Shown here: positions 11,890 through 24,432 of the stretch, piece after piece
Layout of the letters: each line of letters starts with the position of its first letter
Numbering within the stretch: the first letter of the stretch is position 1
Assembly (NCBI GenBank): GCA_013239625.1
Contig: MU056050.1
Span: forward strand, 1,102,084 to 1,166,083
DNA from: Lama guanicoe
Taxonomy: Eukaryota
Direction: 5' to 3'
DNA length: 64,000 bases
Translations under genes and position numbers: made by a program
The notes under the pieces: generated by a model
What the model saw: only the letters and a program-made list of their open reading frames with translations
What the model was told of the DNA's origin: nothing
Database searches by the model: none

Positions 11890-12195
11890 TGACCCAGCTC
11901 ATATTCCGTTTCTTCTCCAAAGTCTTCTCTAACTGGTCCAACTTATCAGGGTTTTCCCTTCTATGAATTGTTTCTGAATGCATAATTTGCACCATTCACT
12001 TTGGTACTTAATCATGTATTGCCTGGTGTGGTTACTTAACTCCACCATATGCTTGTTAACACAATGAAGTTATGAGTTTCTCAAGGGCAGGGACAGTACT
12101 GGATATCTCTTCTCTCCACATAGCATCCAACACATGGCGGAACACTTATGTGCTTGCTTAATAGTTGCTGGGTTGAAATGAATTGAATTGAATAA
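11890..12195 (+). mobile_element. L2 3' end
   Basis: Typical L2 tail (...tagcatccaacacatgg...aatagttgctgggttgaaatgaattgaattgaat). Confidence 0.6.
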
Positions 12196-12504
12196 TCATG
12201 GTTGCAGCACAAATCAGGAAACCTTGTTTGCTTGAGGGATTTTAAATAGTCAAACCCCTCCTTTGAAAAGAGTAGGGTCTGTGCTATACCTGAAATATAC
12301 TTTTGTTTTCTGTCCTCTAGCCACTGGCCAAAGCTGGCCACTGAGCTATCAAGAGATATTCCTTTGGCTAGAAGGATGAAGGAAGACTCCTTGGCATGTA
12401 ACTTCAGAGTGGAGAAACCTAGAAGATACTGTCTTAACCTAATTGTCTTTGTTTTGAATTTCAAATTCTAGACATCTTTCCTGTACGATTTCACAGCCTT
12501 TATC

Positions 12505-12567
12505 ACTTTCTACCTTGTGTTACAATTTTCTACCTTGTATTACAACTTTCTACCTTGTATTACAACT
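12505..12567. repeat. 20-bp tandem repeat x3
   Basis: actttctaccttgtgttaca / attttctaccttgtattaca / actttctaccttgtattaca. Confidence 0.9.
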
Positions 12568-14139
12568 ATTGGTAACAATTGAGTTGGACCCTGTAGAATA
12601 CAAGGGGTTAATCAGGCAAAAAGAGTGGTGGATGCATATCCAAATCAAAGATAACAATGCTGAATTCACAAGTTCAAGAGAGCCTTGAAAGAGTAAATCT
12701 TCAGGGTTCCTGAGGGTTCCCAGTGAGTATATATATTATTTCCTATTTGTGGTTTTGGCGTCACTTCTAGCTCAGAAGTTCTGTTCTTTACTACCCTGAA
12801 ACTACTGGACCACTGTATACACTTCATTGAAGGTTAGAGGAATTATAGCAAACATGGGAAAATGCATCCTTTTGTTTTTGTATTTTGCTTTTTTTATTAC
12901 ATGAAAAGGGTAGATGCCCTGGCATTGCTTGGGGACCAGTAGATATCATTTCTGGGGATAAATTTAGAGAATCATTTACCTTCTGCTCCTCTTAACCCCT
13001 CAAAAATAACAAAATTTTGTTTGGAGGCCTGAAATTTAAACAATTCACTAATCATTAATATTTTGTCACAGCCATATTTTTTTCATGAGAAATGAGAAAC
13101 TTAATTCTCTGGATGATATATTTCAGTATTAACTAAAAGCTTAAATGGCATATTAGCTAATTAGAATCCAAATCAAATTTGGGAGAGAAACTTAAATAGA
13201 TGATGAATATTTTCTTTGGCTGGCTTTTGATGTTCAGTGTTCTGTGGAGCTGTCAACTACCCAATTTTGATACTGACAACCCATTTCAAATGTAGAATCA
13301 TAAATACAAATAAAGGGTTTAAGACCTCCACTATCTGATAGTTTTGAGTCCATCATGTGAAAATTAAGGCTGCCCTATCATGTGTCTTATGATGACTCTG
13401 ACAGATGTTGACCATGGTTATTATAAAATGACCTGTTTTACTTCATTTCTTCTTTATGACAGAAATCAGCCTTCTCCTGTTAATTTTAAATCTCCCTTAA
13501 AATTTCCTAGACAGATCCTCCTGTTTCCTAGTGAAGTAGTTTATTAGAATCAATGTAGTCATTTATGAGTTTATTGAAAACTGAAGATGTGCTCGTTTAG
13601 GCCATCCACTAAAACAGAGTTAGAGATGTGAAATGATTGATGAGAAATTTATATGTTGAGGCTTAACTATTCTGGGCACATGTATGGCTAATGAGGCAGG
13701 AGCCTCTGAGACCTCTCTGCTGTCTTTGTTCGCCCTCAAGCCTAGAAGCTCAAGAAAGCAGAACATGGAGAGTTACAGGAGTAAGAAGACTTACATATAT
13801 AGAAAAAATGGAGAAATGGTAGACTCTGGGACAGAGGGGCAGCAACAGTCAGCTTGCCTGGGATGGTTTACCTTCTGCCCTCCTCTTCTTCCATCCACAA
13901 GCATTTACCCATTATTTAGAATGTTCTTGGCTCTATCACATACTACAGTTGAAGCAGCCTTTTGGATATTTGAGCTGTGTAGGTAAGCCCTTAAAGGTGA
14001 CACTCTTGAGTCAGGAAGATAGAAATTCAGTGTGAGTTAAACCATTCTATTATTGGCACAGCATATGTAAAGTGTTTGAGAATGACCTAAATTACTTGGA
14101 TGTAATGATGGTGGAGGTCTCTAGGCATAACATAGTGCC

Positions 14140-14405
14140 CAGTAGTAATACCTAAAATATAGTGAGCACTTACTGGATACTAGACACTGAACAAAGCTCA
14201 TTACTTGTATGAACTTCCTTAATTCTCAATGACAAGCCAATGATCTAGGTACTATTATCATCCCTGTTTTATAAAAACTGAGGCACAGAGAGGTTAAGTA
14301 ATCTGCCCAAGGTCACACAGCTAGTAAGCAGTGTAATAATACTTGTGCCCAGGCAGTGTGGCTCCGGAGACTGTGCTCCTAATTACCATATTGTACTGCC
14401 TCTCA
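14140..14405 (-). mobile_element. MIR SINE
   Basis: aaactgaggcacagagaggttaagtaatctgcccaaggtcacacagctagtaag is the antisense MIR core. Confidence 0.9.
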
Positions 14406-14599
14406 TGAAATGTTAGTTGGTATAATTACTGTTATTATTATTATTCATATTCTTTACTTGAAATGCCATTGTCAGTTGAGTGATACAAAGTGTGTGTGAT
14501 TTTTCTTTGTTTTCTGCATTGATGGAAATTTTATAATTTCTCTGCCATTGTGAAACAAAGACTATTATGGGTTGTTTTACCCTTTGTGTTATGGTGATA

Positions 14600-14845
14600 A
14601 TGATGACAATGATGATAATAATAGTTAATTACTAGATATCCAAAACTGTCATAAATGCTTTACATTCCTTACACATACATCCTCACAACTAGCCTAGGAG
14701 ATAGATTCATTATTTTACACATAAGAAAACTTGGGTAAAGAAACTAATTTACTCAAGGTTATACAGCTAAAAAGCAGCAGAGTAGGGATTCAAATCCAGG
14801 CCTTTTGCCTCCAGAGTCCATGTGTTTAACTTCCATATTCTACAG
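14600..14845 (-). mobile_element. MIR SINE
   Basis: Antisense MIR core (ctcaaggttatacagct...ggattcaaatccagg...ctccagagtccatg). Confidence 0.8.
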
Positions 14846-15409
14846 TTCATGTAATGTTGACATTTCTCTCATGATGTTTTCTTTAGGAAGTTCGGGGATA
14901 TGTGCCCTCTTATATGCTTCTGCAATGTTACTGCTAGGTCCTCTGTTTTACTTAGGAGAGAGTATGGTGTGATGTCTAGAAAATAGAGTATCTGGAGGAT
15001 GTCCACACACACCTTCCAATTCCTTTGGTACGGAAAGTGGATGGATGAGACCTTACTGGTATTGACTTTTCAAGCCATGTGTGTAGTGGGGGCAGTTGGG
15101 ATAGCAATTGCCCTGAAGAAAGGGAACAGAAAGTGTCAAAAGATGCATATTGTGTATCTGCTCTGCTTCAGACCGTTTCTAGCACTGAGGTTACAGCATT
15201 AAATAAAAGAAACAAGGTTCTCTATCCTCATGTAGTTTGCATTCTAGTGGAGAAAGATTAACAGTAAGCAAATTGTCACAAGTATCATGGAGAAATGTAC
15301 CTCAGGGAGTAGGAATAGAGAATGTCATAAAGGGGGGGGGGATGCTATAATTTTAAACATGATGATTAGGGCAGGCTTTGCTGAGAAGGAGATATTTGAT
15401 TAAAAAAAA

Positions 15410-15900
15410 AAGGTGAATATGTCCACACAAGAATTTGTACATCAGTGTTAATAGCACTATTATTCATAATATTCAAAAAATTGAAACAAACCAACTGCTC
15501 ATCAGTGGATGCATAGGTAAACAAAATGTTGTATGTCTATACAATAGCATATTACTGAGCTATGAAAAGGAATGAATTCTGATACATGCTACAACAGGAG
15601 TGAACTTCAAAGATATGCTAAATGAAAGAAGTCAAACAAAAGGATACAGATTGTAAGCTCCATTTATACTTAATGTACAGAATAGGAAAATCTTTAGAAA
15701 GAGAAAGAATAGTGGTTGCCAGGGTCTAGGGAAGAGGAGTGGGGAGAGACTGTTACTGTGAAGGGGTTTTCTTTTTGGGGTGATGGAATATTCTGAAGGT
15801 AGATTGTGATGATTGCACAACCTTGTAAATATACTAAAAACTATGAAACTGTACACTTTAAAATGGTGACCTTTATGGTATGTGAGTTATATTAATTTAA
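15410..15900 (+). mobile_element. Old L1 3' end
   Basis: Sense L1 3'UTR text (gcactattattcataat...ctgtacactttaaaatggtg). Confidence 0.8.
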
Positions 15901-15921
15901 AAAGCTTTAAGACAAAGTTAC

Positions 15922-16418
15922 ATTTGTCCAGAGTCTAAGCAGATTTGGCTGAGTGAAGTTGCTTCATATCTAAAGGCAACCAGACTGTTCCTCGAAGTGA
16001 AAGGAGGCAGGCAGTTCAGCATGTTTCCCAAGCTAGGGCCATCCTCCAATAGTAAGGGCCAGAGACCCTGAGTACTGGCTGGTCAGTCCCAGGTGGGCGG
16101 ATCCCTAAGAGTCATGATGTCACAAAGACCTCTCAGAACATTCCAGCCATCCTTGAGCACAGCACATAAGTCTGTCACAGGATTGAATGCCTCAGTGAAT
16201 AGGGCCTTGAACAGAAAAAACAAAAACAAACAAACAAACAAAAAACGATGGCAAAGCTGTTTCTCTTGAAGGTCGAATTCCTGAGAGCGATGCTTTGGTG
16301 TTCTCTTATTCCGGATCAGATCCAGGGTTATAACCACAGTGGGCTACTCTTACAGGAATGGACTGAAAACTCCATTGCTGTCCTAGAGATCTGGCTGATC
16401 CCACTCAAAAGACAAGTT
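15922..16418 (-). pseudogene. Candidate large decayed exon interrupted by a (TTTG)n tract
   Basis: Strong acceptor tttcttctctcttAG (16420-16419), donor-like aat|GTAACT; frame ...QEFDLQEKQLCH[repeat]FKALFTEAFNPVTDLCAVLKDGWNVLRGLCDIMTLRDPPTWD*. Confidence 0.4.
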
Positions 16419-16639
16419 CTAAGAGAGAAGAAATTGATGAAAATAATGTATTCACATATTTAATAAAACAAGAGCTAGAAGGTCCTTATTTACCAACAAG
16501 TGTTGTTTTACAAATTTATATATCATTTTTACAGAGCACTCCATTCACACTACTTATAATCTTGACGTTACCAATTATAATTGTGGATACATTATTGTTG
16601 AATTTTGCTTTTAGTACTTAAAAGTTAACATTCTTGTCT

Positions 16640-17070
16640 ATCAACAGATGAATAGACATGTTGTAGATCCATACAATGAAATATTTTTACCCATAGAAAG
16701 GAATGAAGTACTGATACTTAAGACAAGATAGATGAACCTTGAAAACATGATGCTAAGTGAAAGAAGCCAGACACAGAAGGCGGCATATTATATGATTCCA
16801 TTTGTGTAAAAGGAAAGGAATAGCCAAATCCACAGAGACACAAAGTAAATGAATGGTTGCTCGGGGCTGAAGAGATGGGAGGAATGGGGAAGTGACAGTT
16901 CAATGAGGACGAAGTATCCTTTTGAGGTGATGATAAATTTCTGGAATTATAAAATGGTGATGATTATACAGCTCTGTGAATATATTAAAGACTACTAAAC
17001 TGTATACTTTAACATAGTGAATAGTATGATATGTAAATTATATCTCAATAAAAATATATTTAAAAAATAC
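16640..17070 (+). mobile_element. Old L1 3' end (L1MB-like)
   Basis: tcaacagatgaatagac...gaaccttgaaaacatgatgctaagtgaaagaagccagacacag...tatctcaataaa. Confidence 0.85.
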
Positions 17071-17079
17071 TTTCAAAAA

Positions 17080-17900
17080 ATGGTGAAGGAACTGAAGGAG
17101 AGAGCCATGCCTATAGTTGGGGAAAGAGTTCAAGACAGAAGTAGTTGAAAGGCCTTAAGGCCAGTTTTAGTCTCATATGTTTTAGGAAACACCAAATGGC
17201 CAGTGTGGCTATAGTGGAGTGAGCAGCAAGGACCGTAATAGGAGGTGAGGTGACGGAAGTAACAGGAGGCCTTGTGGCAGCTTGTGAGCCATTGTATAGA
17301 CGGTGACTGATACTCTGGTGAAATGGGAAGTCATTGGTGGTCTGAGCTGAAGAGAAACATGATCTAACTTGAGTTTTTCAAAACTCATTCTGGCTTTTGT
17401 ATGGAGAAGCGAATATAGGAGCACAAGGTATGAAGCAGGGAGACCGGTTAGTGGGCTTTTACACTAATCCAGACAGAAAATGATGGTAGATTTGACTAGA
17501 GTCTTCACCATCCGGGACATAAGAAATGTTTAGATCTGGGGACTTGTTTTTAAGTTTGAGGAAACAGGATTCCTGATAAGATGGATGTGGAGTGTAAGCG
17601 GTGACTCCTACTTTTTTTTGGCCCAGGCGTGCAGTTGTCTTTCACTGGTACAGAGAAGACTATGCTACTAGCAGCTTAGGGATAGACGTTTTAGACACAT
17701 TATATTTAAGATACCGGTTAGTTACTAAGTGGATATTTTGTTTAGACAGTTGCATATATACAGCACATCTGTATGGAATATGGACTAGTGTCTTATTTGT
17801 CAATACCCAGGCAAATATATCCTCTGTATGTGAGTCCTGAGTTCAAGCAAAAGGCCTGGACCAGTAATATAATCTGGACATGTCATCAGCATTTGTACTT
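17080..17900 (-). mobile_element. L2 fragment
   Basis: Antisense L2 text (gaaatgggaagtcattggtgg...agaaacatgatctaactt). Confidence 0.7.
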
Positions 17901-17961
17901 TTTTTAAGCCACAAGTGTGGCTTTCTCAATGTATTTCTTCTATAATGTGAGATACACAGAT

Positions 17962-18700
17962 TGTGAGAGAGAAAATGAGCTCTCTGAGGGAGGCCTGCTT
18001 ATCAAGGAGGGACGCAGTCCTTCCTAACTATTTGAGCTGACTGGTATAAGGGTAGATTTTTTTAAAAAATGATCTTTCCCATTGCCAAGAGGGAGAGTCC
18101 CTCTCCCTTTTTCAGTATATTTTGTGAGAAACCTATTGTTTGTGAATCCTTCTTCTCTCCCTTTGATATCTCTGTAGATCTTTTTAAAGTCTAGGTAAGA
18201 CTCTTGCCAGCTTTACCACCCAGGAGTGTTTTTCTTAAGCATCTGAGAGGCATCTCTTTGAAATGTAAACATCAAGGGATATAGTGCCTCTGTCTCTCTG
18301 CTACCACAGGAATGCCTTTCACTGAGCTGTAACCAAATGCTTGTCCTAGTATAGTTTTATTTTTCCTCCGGACAAAGGCAATTAGCTAACACAAATGGCT
18401 ATTTACATGCCAGTTGAATTTGATGAGCTATGAAAGAATGAATAAGAGATGGTATTGTAATATCTTCTTATGGGAAGACAAGTTACGGTTAATCTTGAGA
18501 ATATGTGTGTAATGCATTGTAACTGCCTGGTGATATACAGGGGGGAAGTTCTTTCTGTCTCTGTTATCTCTTAGCAGGTTGCCTGTGATGTGCATTGTAA
18601 TCTGGGTTAGTACTTGTTCAATACTAAAATGGTTTCTTTCTTTTCTGTATCTTGCAGAGTGGATTCTCTACCTTGACAGGATGTTTTTAGTTTGCCCAAT
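17962..18700 (+). mobile_element. ERV1-class solo LTR (MER34/MER39-like)
   Basis: Starts tgtgagagagaaaat; LTR-like text (gtaaacatcaaggg, ttctttctgtctctg...tcttagcagg); family assigned from recollection. Confidence 0.55.
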
Positions 18701-18939
18701 ATTAGTGATAAAGGAGGGAAAGCCTTGTAATTTTAAAGCTTCTGTGGATGCCTTGGACTGCTAAAGCAGAAAAAAAAAAATTCCTAGAAGAGAGCTCTTA
18801 TAGCATATCATTTTCTAGGTTGAGTTTTAGATATGACAGATAACCGAAGTGGCAGTCTATCTCCTCCAAACTTTAAAGCGTCCCCATTTTCAGATTGCCC
18901 ACTTGGCCACTGAGTCTTTTAAGTCAGAAATCTGTTATT

Positions 18940-19070
18940 GGCAGGGGAGGGTATAGTTCAGTGGTTGAGTGCATGCCTAGCATGCATACGGTCCTGGGTT
19001 CAATCCCTAGTACCTTCATCAAACAAACAAACAAACAAACTTAATTACCTCCCCCCTGCAAGAAAAAAAA
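18940..19070 (+). mobile_element. tRNA-derived SINE (Vic-1-like)
   Basis: ggggagggtatagttcagtggttgagtgcatgcctagcatgc...ggtcctgggttcaatccctagtacc, (AAAC)n tail; aaatctgt on both flanks as a TSD remnant. Confidence 0.9.
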
Positions 19071-19089
19071 TCTGTGGATATAAGATAAG

Positions 19090-19860
19090 AGGCCTATTAA
19101 CAACAAAAAATTATTTAGAACCATTATGCTAGGGGTTGAAGGTGTAATGATGACCGAGATAAAATTATTCTCATGGAGGTTACAGTCTGATGAAAATTTA
19201 GACAAGCAGGCAGTTAAAATACAGTGGGATTAAGTGGTAACAAGGAATTACAATGTGTTTTGGTAAAACTTGGAGGGATATTTAACATAGTCTTTTAGAG
19301 TCAGAGGAGATTTCCTGGAAAAAGGCTGTCTTAGGTGAGACCTGAAGAATGAATAAGAGTGAGCATTAGAAACAAGGGGAAGTTGGAAGCGGTGTACCAG
19401 GCCGAGCACATTTAGCATGTGCTGAATTCTGGATAGGTGAGAGGAGATAAATGTGTGGAGTTGTAAGCAGTTTAGTATAATTAGGGCATGAAGGGATGGG
19501 AGGTGGTTAGTGACAATAGCTTAGACTTATACCCACATGCATTCTTAAGACCTTAGAATTTAGCTTAGCAGTTGGTAAGTAGCCTGAGGGCAAGACAGGG
19601 GGTGGGATGATCAGATTTGTGCTTTATTTAGAAAGATTAATGATACTGCAGTGTGAAAAGTAGTTTGGAATGGGCAAAGATTGGGTGTAGGGAGACTTGT
19701 TAGAAGGATGCAGTGGTCCAGGTAAGAGATGAGAGTGGCTTCCCGTTAGGGAAATGACATGTGTATTAAGAGTAATGGTGTGTTTCAGGGATATTTAGGA
19801 GTTACAATTTGTAAAACACTGGTGTTGATTAGATGTAGAGGATGTGGCAGAGGAAGGAAG
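19090..19860 (-). mobile_element. L2 fragment
   Basis: Antisense L2 text (gtgagacctgaagaatgaataagagt, gatgatcagatttgtgcttt, gtggtccaggtaagagatg). Confidence 0.65.
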
Positions 19861-20116
19861 TATTCTGTCCACTGGCATATCTTCCCCAAATCTTATGGTT
19901 GAAAATCCTGCTTTTAAAAATTTGAACTCATTTTGGCATGGCCCCTGAGTTACCCATGAGTTTGTGAAACACAAAGAACACCTGGGAAATGGGATGGGTT
20001 CCTCATTTTTCAGAGTAACATGAGGTGAGGCCTCATATTAAAATCTCTTTCCCCTGAGAGACCAAAAGTAAATGCGTACTACTTGGCATTACGTTTCAGA
20101 GCAGTTTATCCTTTAC

Positions 20117-20195
20117 CAACTGAAACCCAAACTGATGTAAGTGCATCATGTTTGAGATGAATTTCCCGTCACCCTCTCAGATGCCTGAAGACAGC
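20117..20195 (-). pseudogene. Candidate decayed exon, EF-hand-loop-like (AVFRHL/frameshift/EGDGKFISNMMHLHQFGFQL)
   Basis: Acceptor tattctgctgtAG, donor ttg|GTAAAG; 79 nt, with one frameshift needed for this reading. Confidence 0.45.
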
Positions 20196-21134
20196 CTACA
20201 GCAGAATATGTTATCAAGTAAACAATAAGAAATACAAATATTTACCCGAAGTAGCCATAGCTAACATTCTGCTGATTGTTGCAAATGTAGTAACTGAGGT
20301 AAGAGAGTTTAGAAATTGGTAAGAGTGTTAAAATCATATTATAAAGTAAATCCTGGTAATTTTACGTTTTTATTTAACATATTTTGCCATGAAGAGCAAA
20401 ATTCATTGTATCCAGTATGGTAGGGAGCTGAAGTAAAATGCCTAATGGCCCTTGGAGTTATTCACAATTGACCAGAATATTCAAACACCATTATTGTTCA
20501 GTGTGACTTCATCCATAGTTCTGAGTACATCTTGTATAAAGTAGGCAGTCAACATTATTTCTTAAATAAACATATAACATACGTGCATTAGCAATTGCCA
20601 AAACGTGATATAAAATAATGCAACTGAGTGTACATAAAACCAAAACTAAACATAACCCATCTTGATTCCTCTACTAATTCAATAGGCACTTTAGAATATT
20701 TTAAGAGTTTAGGGTCATCCTAGTTAACATGGATGATTATTGACCAGTATTTTGGTTAGAAATAAAAATACATTAAGTAATTCTATCCTTGGCACAGGAT
20801 AGGCCCTGGAGGATTAGTTTTTTAGTAAATCCCTTTCATCACCTTGCTTAGTTGTTACTTGACTTTCATAGTTGCCAAGGTGCTAAAATTACACTTATTT
20901 AAGTATCCTAATGGTTTGACTTCAATAAAAGTGAACATTTCTTTGTCTTCTGAGTTTCAAGGCTTACTCAATCCCAGGTCTAAAAAGGTGCTTTATTAAA
21001 TAATAGTAAGTATTTTTTCACACATGGAATACTGTAATGGTATTTACAGTGTTGTAACTCAATTAATTCAACAGTTTTATTTGAAAAATGACACTGTCAT
21101 ATGGAGTAATAATTAGTATTGTTATTAGGATTAC

Positions 21135-23670
21135 TTTTTTTCATCAAAGTGTAGTCGATTTACAATATGACATTAGCTTCAAGTGTTCAACATAGTGATT
21201 CAAAATTTTTATAGTTTGTAATCCACTTAAAGTTACAAAATATTGGCTATATTCCCTGTGCTATAAAATATATCCTTAAATAGCTTATTTATTTTATACA
21301 TAGTAGTTTGTACCTCTTAATTCCTTACCCTTCTCTTGCCCCTCCCCCTTTCTTCTCCCCACTAATAATCACTAGCTGGTTCTCTATATCCATGAGTCAG
21401 TTTTTATTTTGTTATATTCATTCATTTGTTTTATGTTTTTAAATTCTACATGTTAGTGGCAACATAGAGTATTTGTCTTTCACTGTCTGCCTTATTTCAA
21501 TGAGTATAATACTCTCTAGGTTCATCTGTGCTGTTACGAATGGCAGAAGATCTTTCAAGCTGAGTCATATTCCATCATATCTATATCTATCTATATTTCA
21601 CATCTTCTTTATACAGTCATCTGTCGATGGATGCTTAGGTTGCTTCTGTATCTTGGCTGTTCTGAGTAATGCTGCTGTGAACGTTGGGGTGCATGTATCT
21701 TTTCAAACTAGTGTTCATTTTCTTCAGATATATACCCAGGAGTGGAATTGCTGGATCATATAGTAGTTCTAGTTTCAATTTTTTGAGGAGCCTCCATACT
21801 GTTTTCCATAGTACTAATTTACAGTCCCACCAACAGTGTATTAGGGTTCCCCGTTTCTCTACATACTCACCAACATTTGTTATTTGTAGTCTTTTTGATG
21901 ATAGCTATTTTGACAGGTGTGAGGTGATACTTCATTGTGGTTTTGATTTGCATTTCTCCGGTGATTAGCAATGTTGAGCATTTTTTATTTGTCTGTTGGC
22001 TATCTGTGTATCTTTGGAAATATCACGATTCAGGTCTTCTGCCTATTTTTTGATTGGGTTGATTGCTTTTCTGATATTGAGTTGTATGAGCTATTGTATA
22101 TTTTGGATATTAACCCCTTATATCAGTTGAAAATATTTTCTCCCATCCAGTAGGTTGCCTTTTCGTTTTCTCAGTGGTTTCCTTTGCTGTGCAAAAGCTT
22201 TTAAGTTTAATTAGGTCCCATTTGTTTATTTTTGCTTTTGCTTTCTTTGCCTTAGAAGAATGATACAAAATAATACTGTTATGATTTATGCCAAAGTATT
22301 TTTTTAACGTTTTTTATTGAGTTATAGTCATTTTACAATGTTGTGTCAAATTCCAGTGTCGAGCACCATTTTTCAGTTATACGTGAACATACATATATTC
22401 ATTGTCACATTTTTTTTCACTGTGAGCTACAAGATCTTGTATATATTTCCCTGTGCTATACAGTATAATCTTGTTTATCAAAATATGTTCTATGTTTTCT
22501 TCTATAAGTTTTATGGTTTCTGGTCTTACATTTAGATCTTTAATCCATTTTGAATTCATTTTTGTATTGTGAGAAAAATTTCTAATTTCATTTTTTTTAC
22601 ATATAGCTGTCCAACTTTCCGAGCACTCTTATTGAAGAGACTGTCTTTTCTCCATTGTATATTCTTGCCTACTTGGTTGTAGGTTAATTGACCATAAGTG
22701 CATGAATTTATTTCTGAGCTCTCTATTCTGTCCCATTCATCTATATGTCTGTTTTTGTGCCAGTTCCATACTGTTTTGATTACTTTAGCTTTGATGTATA
22801 GTTTAAAGTTAGAAAGTGTGATACCTCAGCTCCATTCTTTTTTCTCAAGGTTGTTTTGGCTGTATAGGGTCTTTTGTGGTTCCATATGAGTTTTATGATT
22901 ATTTCTTGGAAATAGATTATGGGTATTTTCATAAGAATTGCATTAGACTGTAGATTGGTTTGGGTAGTACATACATTTTTAACAATATTAATTCTTCCAA
23001 TTAATGAACATGGGATACTTTTCAGTTTATTTGGATTTCTTCAATTTCCTTCATCAGTTTCTCATTGTTTTCAGAGTATAGGTCTTTCATCTCCTTGGTT
23101 AAGTTTATTCCTGGGTATTTTATTCTCTTTGATGTAATTGTAAGTGGTGTTGTTTTCTTGAATTCCCTTTCTGATCGTTCATTATTAGCATATAGAAAAT
23201 CATCACATTTCTATATATTAATCTTGTATTCTGCAACTTTACTGAATTCATTTACTAGTTCTTAATGTATTAGTTCTTATTTTTTGGTGGAGACTTTAGG
23301 GTTTTCGCTATATAGTATTATGTCATCTGCAAATAGTGACAGTTTTATTTCTTCCCTTCCAATTTGGATGCCTTTTCTTTCTTTTTCTTATCTGATTGCT
23401 ATGGCTAAGACTTCCATTACTATGTTAAATAGATGTGGTGATAGTGGGGATTCTTGTCTTGTCCTGGTTTTAGAGGAAAAGCTTCCAGCTTTTCAATGTT
23501 GAGTATGTTGTTAGCTGTGGGTTTGTTATGTATGGCCTTCATTATGTTGAGGTACCTTCCAACTATACCCACTTTCCTGAGAGTTTTTATCATAAATGAC
23601 TGTTGAATTTTGTCAGATTGTTTCTGCATCTATTTGGATGACCGTATGATTTTTATCCTTCATTTTTAGT
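21135..23670 (-). mobile_element. L1 3' end through part of ORF2 (RT region), degenerate
   Basis: Minus-strand ORFs 22377-22559 ([17 protein letters not shown]) and 23420-23629 (FMIKTL...KPTAN...EKLEAFPL) are L1 ORF2 motifs. Confidence 0.95.
22299..22480 (-). mobile_element. Short, 5'-truncated younger L1 3' tail nested in the older L1
   Basis: T-tract plus L1 3'UTR text (ccctgtgctatacagta) interrupts ORF2 of the host; TSD-like caaagtat / caaaatat flanks. Confidence 0.7.
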
Positions 23671-23906
23671 TTATTCAGTGTTTTCTCCCATGCCAAAATA
23701 GGTACTAATGATACACATTTATATAAACTCCCTTTGTAAAAAGAAATACTTAGTCATATATCTATTCACTTATAAAGGTTATATACTTCATACATCATTG
23801 CAAAATATTTACAAATTTTCTTTTTATCACTTTAACAAGTATAGCTCAAAAAACTAAGGCTATTTCAAATATTTTAAATAAAATAGCCAACTTGGTAATG
23901 GCTTCT

Positions 23907-24432
23907 GTATCAGTCAGGGTCCCATCAGAAAACAGACTGTATGTAATTCAGTATTTCAAGAGACTACTTAGAGAATAATAGTCAGAGTTAAGGGACTAAT
24001 GAGAGGTGTGGAGTGTCCCAGGAACTAACCATAATAGGAAGCTGTTACTATTGTTAGGCCTGAAGGAGCAGGGGGAGCAAATGGTGTTACTATAGTTTGC
24101 AGAGAGTTTGGAATTGTGGAAGAGGGACCATGGTACAAGAACTTTGACTAAAGGGGAACCATAAGGAGGCAGATCAAGGACTGTGGGTGGAGCTAAATAC
24201 AGGGACCTCTTTTCTTTGTCCTCTCTTCTATCCTTCACTTTTTCCCACCGCTCCCATCTCCTCCTGATGCCTACTAACTAGAGGTAAGGAATAAATAGAA
24301 GCCAGCCAACAAGAGAGCTCCAGTCATGCTGTTAGTGAATATTAGTTTTCTAAGAGCACAAAGCAGGTCAGAAAAGGGTAGAGAATGGATCTGGGGAGGA
24401 GTGGATAGGGGCAAACAGAGAATAAGTATCAC
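23907..24432. mobile_element. ERVL-class solo LTR (LTR33/LTR41-like)
   Basis: Starts tgtatcagtcagggtccc, ends ...gagaataagtatcaca (TG...CA); family assigned from recollection. Confidence 0.6.

Noticed and set aside
13684..13986. 100-aa plus-strand ORF
   Set aside because: No recognisable domain or splice context; length is compatible with chance.
18944..19020. tRNA gene (also at about 8465-8540)
   Set aside because: The tRNA-like head is followed by a simple-repeat/A-rich tail and flanked by TSDs, so it is a SINE.
21473..23502. Cluster of hydrophobic plus-strand ORFs (also 43.8-44.6, 55.7-56.5 and 62.4-63.3 kb)
   Set aside because: Antisense translations of L1 sequence.
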